Of a stretch of DNA of 24,000 nucleotides, positions 16,603-24,000 are shown one piece after another. Source of the stretch: an uncultured Alphaproteobacteria bacterium (GTDB lineage: Bacteria > Pseudomonadota > Alphaproteobacteria > ATCC43930 > CGMCC-115725); contig CAVRUN010000001.1 in assembly GCA_963724435.1 (NCBI GenBank), positions 1,207,135 through 1,231,134 of the forward strand, given 5' to 3'. Positions within the stretch are counted from its first letter, which is position 1. Each line of letters starts with the position of its first letter. Below the pieces are notes generated by a model that was given only the letters and a program-made list of their open reading frames with translations, was not told the origin of the DNA and did not search any database. The position numbers and the translations under genes were made by a program.

Positions 16603-17472
16603 TCAGGTCCGCGCTGCCTGTCCGGTCTCAACCGGCGTGTCACCGGGCAGACCCCATTCCGACCAGCTGCCGTCATACACCGCCGCCCCGGGATGGCCTA
16701 TCAAATGCAGCGCAAACGCCAGTGCGCAGGCGGTGACCCCCGACCCGCAGCTCGTCAAGATCGGACGGTCGAGGGCCACCCCGGCCTCTTGAAACAAGGA
16801 TCTCAGCGCCTCAGCGCTCTTCATCTGCTTCGTCTCGGGATCGGTCACCCGGTCGTACGGCAAGTTGCGGCTGCCAGGGATATGGCCGCTGCGCAACCCA
16901 GGGCGGACTTCCGGCGTCGAACCGTCAAAGCGGCCGGCAGCGCGGGCGTCGACCACCTGCTCCTGCCGACTCGACAGGTTGGCAATGACGGCGGCTTTGT
17001 CACGCACCAGCGACCGATCGAAGCGCGCGGTGAACCGGCGAGGGGCCGCGTTCGGAATGCTCGCGGTCAACGGACGCCCTTCAGACTTCCATTGCGGCAA
17101 CCCGCCATTGAGTAACGCCACATCTTGGTGCCCGAACATGCGCAGCATCCACCAGGCGCGGCCGGCCGAAGACAGTCCGTTCGTGTCGTAGACAATGACC
17201 TTGTCGCCGTCGCCGATCCCGAGCGCGCCAATTTTTTGCGCGAACAGATCGGGCGAGGGGATCATATGCGGCAGGCTGTTGCCGGGCTCGGCGATGTCGT
17301 CGATGTCGAAGAAAACTGCGCCGGGAATATGCTCGCGGTCATAATTTTCGCGCGCGGTGGGGGTGATGCCGGGCAGTGTGAACGACGCGTCGATGATGCG
17401 GACCCGCGGATCGCCGAGATGTGCCGCGAGCCAATCGGCGTCAACCAGCGCCTCAGGATGGGCATAGGGCAT
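16603..17472 (-). CDS. sseA: 3-mercaptopyruvate sulfurtransferase (tandem rhodanese)
   Basis: 289 aa. Two rhodanese domains. The N-terminus reads LVDADWLAAHLGDPRVRIIDAS...REHIPGAVFFDID. The active-site loop SCGSGVTAC matches the CG[ST]GVTA signature of 3-MST. GGAGGA lies 7 nt upstream of the ATG, and the start lies 3 nt after the alaX stop. Confidence 0.9.
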   Translation of the reverse strand: MPYAHPEALVDADWLAAHLGDPRVRIIDASFTLPGITPTARENYDREHIPGAVFFDIDDIAEPGNSLPHMIPSPDLFAQKIGALGIGDGDKVIVYDTNGLSSAGRAWWMLRMFGHQDVALLNGGLPQWKSEGRPLTASIPNAAPRRFTARFDRSLVRDKAAVIANLSSRQEQVVDARAAGRFDGSTPEVRPGLRSGHIPGSRNLPYDRVTDPETKQMKSAEALRSLFQEAGVALDRPILTSCGSGVTACALAFALHLIGHPGAAVYDGSWSEWGLPGDTPVETGQAART

Positions 17473-17475
17473 CGG

Positions 17476-18198
17476 TCAGTCCTCCGGATATGACGCGAAA
17501 GCGACGTTAATACGGCGGTTCTGGCGGCCCTTGTTCTCGATCTTGGTGACCGCAACTCGGCCGATCTCGGCGATATTGGCGACATGCGTTCCGCCGCAAG
17601 GCTGCAGATCAACCCCGGCGATCTCCACCAGCCGCACGCGGCCGTTGCCGGTCGGCGGTTTGACCGACATCGTCCGCACAAGATCGGGCTGGGCTGCGAG
17701 TTCGTCGTCGCTGATCCACCGTGGCGCGACCGGATAACCGGCGGCGATTAAGTCATTGAGCCGCGCGGTTATCGCGTCCTTGTCGAGGCTCGATCCCGGC
17801 ACGTCGAAATCGAGCCGGCCGCGACCGTCCGCAACTTGCCCCCCGGTCACCGCCCCCGGCACCACCGCACATAATAAGTGCAGGCAGGTGTGCATGCGCA
17901 TTAGTCGGTGGCGGCGCTCCCAATCGATCTCGACGGTCAGTTCGATGCCAGGCAAAGGCAATGTGACGCCGGGAGCTGGAACATGGATTACGTCGTCGGA
18001 GCCATCCCCTTTCACGCTGTCGACGACCGCGATCGTCTCGCCCGAGGAAAGGCGCAACACGCCGGTGTCGCCCGGCTGCCCACCGCCCATCGGATAAAAG
18101 GCGGTGCGGTCGAGGCGTATCCCGCGCCCGTCAACGCCAACAACCCGCGCCGTGCAGCTGCGCAGGTACGCATCATCGCGAAATAAAAGCTCCGTCAT
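17476..18198 (-). CDS. AlaX-M-type alanyl-tRNA editing protein (Ser/Gly-tRNA(Ala) deacylase; Thr/Ala-tRNA synthetase second additional domain)
   Basis: 240 aa. Zinc-binding editing motifs HTCLHLL (HxxxH) and CGGTHV (CxxxH). The N-terminal beta-barrel region contains FYPMGGGQPGDTG. Confidence 0.85.
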   Translation of the reverse strand: MTELLFRDDAYLRSCTARVVGVDGRGIRLDRTAFYPMGGGQPGDTGVLRLSSGETIAVVDSVKGDGSDDVIHVPAPGVTLPLPGIELTVEIDWERRHRLMRMHTCLHLLCAVVPGAVTGGQVADGRGRLDFDVPGSSLDKDAITARLNDLIAAGYPVAPRWISDDELAAQPDLVRTMSVKPPTGNGRVRLVEIAGVDLQPCGGTHVANIAEIGRVAVTKIENKGRQNRRINVAFASYPED

Positions 18199-18260
18199 CC
18201 GCCCCTCTTGTTGCCGTCCCGGCCTGCTCTCAGCGGTGGATCCGGGCTTTCGCCGGGCCA

Positions 18261-18291
18261 GCGGATATGCGGGTAAATGTGCATAATCCGC
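18261..18291 (-). other. Stem-loop directly after the CBS-like gene stop (possible attenuator, processing or stabilising hairpin)
   Basis: GCGGATATGC (18261-18270) pairs with GCATAATCCGC (18281-18291): 10 bp with one bulged A and a 10-nt loop. It starts 3 nt after the stop at 18295-18297. No U-tract follows, so it is not a canonical terminator. Confidence 0.3.
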
Positions 18292-18294
18292 TTG

Positions 18295-19299
18295 TCACCT
18301 TTCGAGCCATGCGGGGGTAGGTAAGTTTTTCTCGCGCAAAAAAGCCGGGTTGAATAGCTTCGATAAGTAGCGGGTACCGAAATCACAGAGTATCGTCACG
18401 ATCGTGTGGCCGGGCCCGAGGACTCTTGCGAGCCTGATCGCGCCGCACACATTGATGCCGGTCGAGCCGCCGAGCACCAGTCCCTCATCCTCGACGAGGC
18501 TGAACAGCACGGGCAGCATCTCCTCATCGGTGATCTGGAATTGGCCGTCGGGCGCAAAGCCTTCGAGGTTCTTGGTCTCGCGGTTGTTGCCGATGCCCTC
18601 GGTGATCGAATTGCCTTCGGGCTTGAACTCGCGCCGCGCATACCAGCTGTAAATTCCCGACCCCATGCAGTCAGCGAGATAAATTTTCACATCCGGGTTG
18701 CGCTCGCGCAGTGCGATGCCGACCCCCGACAGGGTTCCGCCGGTTCCGACCGAGCAGGTAAAGCCATCGACCTTGCCGTCGGTCTGCTCCCAAATTTCCG
18801 CACCGGTCGTTTCATAGTGGCCGCGCCGGTTGGCGAGATTGTCGAACTGGTTGGCCCAAATCGCCCCGTTGGGTTCCTGCGCCGCGATCTCGGCGGCGAG
18901 CCGCTCCGAATAGCGCACGTAGTTGTTTGGGTTGGTATAGGGCGCGGCGGGCACGAGCCGCAGATCGGCGCCGCACAGCCGCAGCATGTCTTTTTTTTCC
19001 TGGCTCTGGGTCTCGGGCATGATGATGACCGTGCGGTAGCCCCGGGCGTTCCCCACCAGCGCCAAGCCGATGCCGGTGTTGCCGGCGGTGCCCTCGACGA
19101 TCACTCCGCCCGGCCGCAGCAAGCCGCGCTCCTCGGCATCCTTGATGATGTAGAGCGCCGCGCGATCCTTGACCGACCCGCCGGGGTTCAAGAATTCGGC
19201 CTTGCCGAGTATCGTGCAGCCGGTCTCCTCCGAGGCCCGCCGCAATTTGATCAGCGGCGTGTTGCCGACCGTCCCGACAAAGCCGTCGCGGATCTGCAT
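18295..19299 (-). CDS. PLP-dependent cysteine synthase / cystathionine beta-synthase family enzyme (CBS-like catalytic core, no Bateman domains)
   Basis: The ORF is 18295..19311. I prefer the ATG at 19297-19299 (MQIRDGF...) because GGAGA lies ~6 nt upstream. Motifs: GNTPLIKL, NPGGSVKDRAAL (PLP lysine), GNTGIGLA, SVGTGGTLSGV, GGSTGINV. The pattern (PYTNPNNYV, NQFDNLANRRGHYETTGAEI, ILCDFGTRYLSKLF) follows eukaryote-type CBS cores more closely than E. coli CysK. Confidence 0.85.
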   Translation of the reverse strand: MQIRDGFVGTVGNTPLIKLRRASEETGCTILGKAEFLNPGGSVKDRAALYIIKDAEERGLLRPGGVIVEGTAGNTGIGLALVGNARGYRTVIIMPETQSQEKKDMLRLCGADLRLVPAAPYTNPNNYVRYSERLAAEIAAQEPNGAIWANQFDNLANRRGHYETTGAEIWEQTDGKVDGFTCSVGTGGTLSGVGIALRERNPDVKIYLADCMGSGIYSWYARREFKPEGNSITEGIGNNRETKNLEGFAPDGQFQITDEEMLPVLFSLVEDEGLVLGGSTGINVCGAIRLARVLGPGHTIVTILCDFGTRYLSKLFNPAFLREKNLPTPAWLER

Positions 19300-19507
19300 T
19301 GGTTTCTCCATTCGCCCGCGTTTGCGGCGGGACTATCGGGCCCGGGCCGAGCAGACGCAAGCAAAGCAAACGGCGCAAGCGCGCCCGATTGTCGGCCGAG
19401 ACGGCGGGGTCACGCAGCCGACCAGCCCGATCGCAGTTCCAAACCATAGATCGTAGCCGTCGCCACTCCGGCATCGGAACCGTCACCGAACCGAACCACT
19501 GATCGAG

Positions 19508-19903
19508 CTACCGTAGGATGTTGAGTGCGAGGCCGTGTGAGGCTTGCGTCAGCCGGTCGTCGTTGGTCCACAGCGCTTCGCAGCTATGATGCTGCGCACA
19601 CGCTAGGTGCAGCGCATCCGGTGTTCTGATCCCGAACCGTGCGCGCAGTTGAGCGGCTTGCAGATACACCGGCTCTGGCATGGCCAGCGACGTAAATTGG
19701 TCGAATAACCCGGAATATGCGCGCTCCAGAACTGGGTCGCCGCGCTTGATTGGCGCAACCAGACATTCGAGTTTCACCAATGACGAAATCGCAAAATCGG
19801 GTGCGACCGCTGCTGTCATTGCTCGTTCGAGCGGTTCGCCCCAGCGGGTATGGCCTTCGACGAGGTATATTAGGAGACACGCATCAAAGTAGATCAGTCC
19901 CAT
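19508..19903 (-). CDS. vapC: PIN-domain ribonuclease toxin (VapC type)
   Basis: 131 aa. PIN acidic residues sit in the expected context (LIYFDACLL..., ...TPDALHLACA..., ...WTNDDRL). The gene overlaps the upstream antitoxin gene by 10 nt. Confidence 0.85.
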   Translation of the reverse strand: MGLIYFDACLLIYLVEGHTRWGEPLERAMTAAVAPDFAISSLVKLECLVAPIKRGDPVLERAYSGLFDQFTSLAMPEPVYLQAAQLRARFGIRTPDALHLACAQHHSCEALWTNDDRLTQASHGLALNILR

Positions 19904-20166
19904 GAACGCCGCTCTTGCTCGATCGCAGCGTCGATTTCTTCAGCGGAGCGTCGCGCATACGCCGCTAAGGGATGCGACTTCAACCAGCCCAGAATCGCTT
20001 CGGCAGTACCAGCACTAAACGCCGCGGTTTTTTCGGTTCGAACCGGCACGAGCCGTGCGACCGCCGCGCCGCGATTGGCGATGACGACATCTTCTCCCGC
20101 CTGCGCCGCCCTGATCAATTGCGATAGCCGATTTTTTGCTTCCAGAACATTGACCTGCACCGGCAT
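19894..20166 (-). CDS. Phd/YefM-family type II antitoxin
   Basis: The N-terminus MPVQVNVLEAKNRLSQLIRAAQAGEDVVIANRGAAVARLVPV is the Phd/YefM signature. I prefer the ATG at 20164-20166 (90 aa), preceded by GGAGGAGG. The ORF-track start at 20196 lies inside the operator-like palindrome. Confidence 0.8.
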   Translation of the reverse strand: MPVQVNVLEAKNRLSQLIRAAQAGEDVVIANRGAAVARLVPVRTEKTAAFSAGTAEAILGWLKSHPLAAYARRSAEEIDAAIEQERRSWD

Positions 20167-20174
20167 CCTCCTCC

Positions 20175-20220
20175 GCATCCTGGCTATTATGGCCATATTA
20201 GCCAGACTAATCCAGGATGC
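20175..20220. promoter_or_regulatory. Nested palindromes upstream of the antitoxin gene (candidate TA autoregulatory operator and promoter)
   Basis: Inner 26-bp palindrome CTGGCTATTATGGCCATATTAGCCAG (20180-20205) has 2 non-complementary positions and is centred on GGCC. Outer arms GCATCCTGG (20175-20183) and CCAGGATGC (20212-20220) flank it. On the minus strand it contains TAATAT/CATAAT -10-like hexamers. It lies 14-55 nt upstream of the preferred start. Confidence 0.5.
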
Positions 20221-20387
20221 TTTCCCGAATCGTTAGCTCAGCGGCCTCGCACGAACCCATCCCAATTCGCGGCCGCGAGGTGGGCGGGAAAACGGTTAAG
20301 AGATTGGATTCATTAAACAGGAAGTCAGTTGCTCGTCAGCGGTTCAGAATCAACGAACTGCGCGATCAAACGGTGTAATGGTTGGAC

Positions 20388-23300
20388 ATGGCACTGGCTG
20401 ATTTTGTTCATCTGCGGGTTCACTCGGCTTACTCGCTGTCATCGGGCGCGATCACGATCAAGGATCTGGCCGCACGCTGCAAAGCTGGGCATATGCCGGC
20501 AGTCGCGATCACCGACAGTGGCAATCTGTTCGGCGCGCTCGAATTCGCGACCGCCTGCGCCGCCGCTGGAGTGCAACCGATCATTGGCTGCGAATTGGCG
20601 CTTGCGCGTGCCGACGGTAACCGCGGCAACGGCGCGCTAATCCGTCCCGTAACGGAGCCCGACCGCTTGGTCGTGTTGGTCCAGAGCGAGACCGGATACC
20701 GCAATCTGTTGGCTCTGGTCAGCAATGCCTTTCTCGACAGCGACGGCGTCTCGGAACCAACGGTGGCAATCGCCGATCTCACAAAACACAGCAATGGCCT
20801 TCTTTGCCTGGCTGGCGGCTCCAAGGGACCGGTCGGCAGATTGCTCGCCGAGGGCCAAAACGACGCTGCCGAAATGGCGTTGGGTGAGCTGAAAACGGCG
20901 TTTCCCGGCCGGCTCTATATCGAGCTGATGCGACATGGCGGCAATGATGAGGCGCGCAGTGAGCCCGGCCTTATCGATCTCGCCTATCGCCACGGTCTTC
21001 CCCTCGTGGCGACCAACGACGCCTATTTTCCCGACCGCGATTTCTACGAGGCGCACGATGCCCTTTTATGCATCGCGCAAAGCAAGGCAGTCGCCGACAA
21101 CGACCGCAAGCGGCTGACGCAATCGCACTACTTTCGGCCAGCAGCGGAGATGCGCGAGGTCTTCGCTGATTTGCCGGAAGCTTGCGACAATACGCTCGTG
21201 ATCGCGCAGCGCTGCGCTTATATCCCGCGGCCGCGCCAGCCGATCCTGCCGGCCTTCCCCACCGCCGAAGGCGAGGACGAAAAGACTGCCTTGCGCCGCG
21301 CGGCATCAGCCGGTCTCGACGCGCGTCTCGCCCCGCTCGGTATTGAGGAGGCGGAGGTGCGGCCCTATCGCGAACGGCTCGAATACGAGCTCGGCACGAT
21401 TATCCAGATGGGGTTTGCCGGCTATTTCCTGATCGTCGCCGACTTTATCCAATGGGCCAAGCGCGAGGGCATCCCGGTTGGGCCTGGGCGCGGCTCGGGC
21501 GCCGGCTCGGTAGTCGCCTGGGCGTTGACGATCACCGATCTCGACCCGCTGCGCTTTGGTCTGCTGTTCGAGCGTTTTCTGAACCCCGAGCGTATCTCGA
21601 TGCCGGATTTCGATATCGATTTCTGCCAGGACCGGCGCGACGAAGTGATCCGCTACGTCCAGCAGAAATACGGCCGCGATCGCGTGGCGCAGATCATCAC
21701 CTTTGGAAAGCTGCAGGCGCGGGCGGTGCTACGCGATGTCGGCCGGGTCCTGGCGATGCCCTATGGCCAGATCGATCGGCTCTGTAAATTGGTCCCCAAC
21801 AATCCGGCGCACCCCGTCACCTTGGAAAAAGCGATCGCCGGCGAGCCCGCGTTGCAGCAGGCCCGCGAGAGCGACGAAGCAGTCGCGCGGCTGATCGAGA
21901 TTTCATTAAAGCTCGAAGGACTTTACCGCCACGCCTCGACGCATGCCGCGGGTGTCGTGATCGGCGATCGGCCGTTGGTCGAGTTGGTGCCGCTCTATCG
22001 CGACCCGCGCTCGGACATACCGGCGACCCAGTTCAACATGAAGTGGGTTGAACTCGCCGGTCTCGTCAAATTCGATTTTCTCGGGCTTAAGACGCTGACT
22101 GTACTAGCGCGGTGCCTTGAATTGTTAAGAGCGCGCGGTATCGCGCTCGATCTCACCAATTTGCCGCTCGACGATCGCCCGACTTTCGAGCTTTTGAGCG
22201 CCGGCGATACGGTCGGGGTGTTCCAGGTCGAAGGTGCGGGCGTGCGCGACATGCTGAGACGCCTGCGCCCGGACCGCTTCGAGGACATCATCGCCGCCAA
22301 CGCGCTGTACCGGCCGGGTCCGATGGAGAACATCCCGCGCTACATCGCGGTCAAGCACGGCGAAGAGGCGCCCGATTACCTGCACCCGGCGCTCGAACCG
22401 ATCCTCGCGGCAACCTACGGGGTCATGACCTACCAGGAGCAGGTTATGCAGATCGCCCAGGTGCTGGCCGGCTACACGCTGGGCGGCGCCGATCTGCTGC
22501 GTCGTGCGATGGGCAAGAAGATCCAATCGGAGATGGACGCGCAACGCCAGCAGTTCGTGGACGGAGCGGTGGTGCGCGGTGTTGAGAGGGAGCGGGCCGA
22601 GCTAATCTTTGACCAGATGGCGAAATTTGCCGGCTATGGGTTCAACAAACCGCATGCTGCAGCCTATGCGCTGATCACCTATCAGACCGCCTATCTAAAG
22701 GCGAATTACCCGGTAGAGTTTCTCGCCGCATCGATGACGCTCGACCTCGGCAACACCGATAAGCTGCACCATTTTCGCCAGGAACTGGACCGGCTCGGCA
22801 TCCGCCTACTGCCGCCGGACATCAACCGCTCGCAGCCGACCTTTTCGGTCGAGATCGATCGCAAGAGCGCTAAACCCGCGATCCGCTATGCGCTGGCCGC
22901 GGTCAAGGGCGTCGGCGAGCAGGCGATGATCGAGCTGGTCCGCGAGCGCGATCGCAACGGGCCGTTCAAGGACCTCGCCGATTTCGCTTTCCGGCTCGAC
23001 GCGAAGAGTTTCAACCGCCGTCAGTTTGAAAGCCTCGCCCGCGCCGGCGCGTTCGATTCGATCAATCCCAACCGGGCGCAAACCGTGGCCTCAACGGAAG
23101 TATTGTTGCGCCACGCCAGCCGAGCCGCCGAGGATCGCGAAACCCGGCAGGAAAGCTTGTTCGGTGCGATCGACCCGGCCTTCGCACCGCAGCCCTCCTT
23201 GCCGATCGTCGAGGACTGGCCGGCGGTCGAAAAACTGCAGCAGGAATTTGCGGCTATTGGCTTTTACCTGTCGAGCCACCCGCTCGATGCCTATGGCAAG

Positions 23301-23846
23301 AGCCTGGAACGCGCCGGGATTCTGCGCTGCGCTGATTTACCCGCGGCATTGGCTGCGAATACCACGACCCGTTTCCGGCTCGCCAGTATTGTCGTCGGCC
23401 GCAAAGAGCGTATGTCAGCGCGCGGCAACCGCTTTGCGTTTGTCCAGATGTCGGACCCGAGTGGGGTGTACGAAGTCACCCTGTTCGCCGAGATGCTGCG
23501 CGAAGCCCGCGCCCTGTTCGAGTCGGGCCAACCGGTTGTTGTGACCGTGGACGTGCGCAGCGAGGAAGACAATTTGCGGCTTACAGCACAAAAGATCGAG
23601 CCGCTCGACGATGTCGTCGCCCATGCCGCGGCCGGGCTGCGGGTGTTTTTGGGCGAAGAGCGGGCGCTCTCTCACCTGAAAAACCTGTTCACCCGCGACA
23701 CCGGCGGGCGCGGTCGGGTAACGGTTGTGCTCGACCTCGATGACGGCGAGGTCGAGATCGCAATCCCCGGTGGGTTCCGCGTCGACCCCAGGATGCGGGC
23801 CGCGGTCAAGTCCCTCCCCGGCATCGTCGACGTCCACGATATTTGA
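20388..23846 (+). CDS. dnaE: DNA polymerase III alpha subunit
   Basis: ~1150 aa. PHP domain start FVHLRVHSAYSLSSGAITIKDL. Polymerase core motifs: GPGRGSGAGSVVAWALTITDLDPL, PDFDIDF, HAAGVVI, FDFLGL. An OB-fold C-terminus follows. I prefer the ATG at 20388. The ORF-track start at 20382 is a TTG two codons upstream. Confidence 0.95.
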   Translation: MALADFVHLRVHSAYSLSSGAITIKDLAARCKAGHMPAVAITDSGNLFGALEFATACAAAGVQPIIGCELALARADGNRGNGALIRPVTEPDRLVVLVQSETGYRNLLALVSNAFLDSDGVSEPTVAIADLTKHSNGLLCLAGGSKGPVGRLLAEGQNDAAEMALGELKTAFPGRLYIELMRHGGNDEARSEPGLIDLAYRHGLPLVATNDAYFPDRDFYEAHDALLCIAQSKAVADNDRKRLTQSHYFRPAAEMREVFADLPEACDNTLVIAQRCAYIPRPRQPILPAFPTAEGEDEKTALRRAASAGLDARLAPLGIEEAEVRPYRERLEYELGTIIQMGFAGYFLIVADFIQWAKREGIPVGPGRGSGAGSVVAWALTITDLDPLRFGLLFERFLNPERISMPDFDIDFCQDRRDEVIRYVQQKYGRDRVAQIITFGKLQARAVLRDVGRVLAMPYGQIDRLCKLVPNNPAHPVTLEKAIAGEPALQQARESDEAVARLIEISLKLEGLYRHASTHAAGVVIGDRPLVELVPLYRDPRSDIPATQFNMKWVELAGLVKFDFLGLKTLTVLARCLELLRARGIALDLTNLPLDDRPTFELLSAGDTVGVFQVEGAGVRDMLRRLRPDRFEDIIAANALYRPGPMENIPRYIAVKHGEEAPDYLHPALEPILAATYGVMTYQEQVMQIAQVLAGYTLGGADLLRRAMGKKIQSEMDAQRQQFVDGAVVRGVERERAELIFDQMAKFAGYGFNKPHAAAYALITYQTAYLKANYPVEFLAASMTLDLGNTDKLHHFRQELDRLGIRLLPPDINRSQPTFSVEIDRKSAKPAIRYALAAVKGVGEQAMIELVRERDRNGPFKDLADFAFRLDAKSFNRRQFESLARAGAFDSINPNRAQTVASTEVLLRHASRAAEDRETRQESLFGAIDPAFAPQPSLPIVEDWPAVEKLQQEFAAIGFYLSSHPLDAYGKSLERAGILRCADLPAALAANTTTRFRLASIVVGRKERMSARGNRFAFVQMSDPSGVYEVTLFAEMLREARALFESGQPVVVTVDVRSEEDNLRLTAQKIEPLDDVVAHAAAGLRVFLGEERALSHLKNLFTRDTGGRGRVTVVLDLDDGEVEIAIPGGFRVDPRMRAAVKSLPGIVDVHDI

Positions 23847-23894
23847 CGAGAACCGTCTACATCCTGGCCCTGCTGTCGATCAGGTCCGCAGTAT

Positions 23895-24000
23895 CTAGGA
23901 GGATTGGCGCCCATTGCGGCGGCGAATCAGGCCGAGCCCGGCGAGGCCGGCGGCAACGAGTGCCAAGGACGACGGTGCGGGCACCGGGGCGGGCACCGGG
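23895..24000 (-). CDS. C-terminal end of a PEP-CTERM-anchored secreted protein (gene continues beyond the window)
   Basis: This is my own translation of the minus strand, with the first full codon at 23999: PVPAPVPAPSSLALVAAGLAGLGLIRRRNGRQSS*, stop TAG at 23895-23897. It matches the PEP-CTERM sorting signal layout: a [V]P[E/A]P motif, a Gly/Ala/Leu-rich TM helix, then an RRR cluster. It is not in the ORF track because it is short and has no start codon in the window. Confidence 0.55.
   Translation of the reverse strand, partial: PVPAPVPAPSSLALVAAGLAGLGLIRRRNGRQSS

Noticed and set aside
18991-18998. A T8 run (A8 on the coding strand, encoding EKK) inside the CBS-like gene, considered as a possible slippage or phase-variation tract.
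   Set aside because: Eight bases is short for phase variation. The tract simply encodes Glu-Lys-Lys, and there is no sign of a frameshifted variant.

Overview
High-GC (about 60-65% by eye), densely coding chromosomal segment. Protein signatures and the repeat type suggest an alphaproteobacterium. I can support about 21 protein-coding genes, most on the minus strand. I see no rRNA, tRNA, CRISPR array, transposase or integrase. Left to right: a 5'-truncated DsrH/TusB-like sulfur-relay gene, a DUF2189 membrane protein, a family III CoA-transferase, and a secreted phosphoesterase (PLC/AcpA family) with a clean intrinsic terminator. Next comes an oxygenase cluster: RidA, an LLM flavin monooxygenase, Rieske oxygenase alpha and beta subunits, and an acyl-CoA-dehydrogenase-fold flavin monooxygenase. 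A Pqi envelope lipid-transport locus follows in the permuted order pqiB-pqiC-pqiA. Then come an MscS-family channel gene broken by one in-frame TAG, and a tight operon of a CBS-like PLP enzyme, an AlaX tRNA-editing protein, 3-mercaptopyruvate sulfurtransferase and a GNAT. The window ends with a Phd/YefM-PIN toxin-antitoxin pair, dnaE, and the C-terminal PEP-CTERM anchor of a gene that runs off the right edge. I found no convincing novel multi-gene system. No gap between genes is large enough to hide unannotated genes, and nearly every ORF falls in a recognisable family. The items most worth follow-up are: the amber-interrupted MscS gene; the four-hairpin REP/RIME-like element that supplies the 3' end of pqiA; the permuted, translationally coupled pqiBCA; the orphan iac/nag-like oxygenase cluster with no electron-transfer partners; and the unexplained CBS-like/AlaX/3-MST/GNAT association. 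All functional calls rest on motif recognition by eye. No database search was run.
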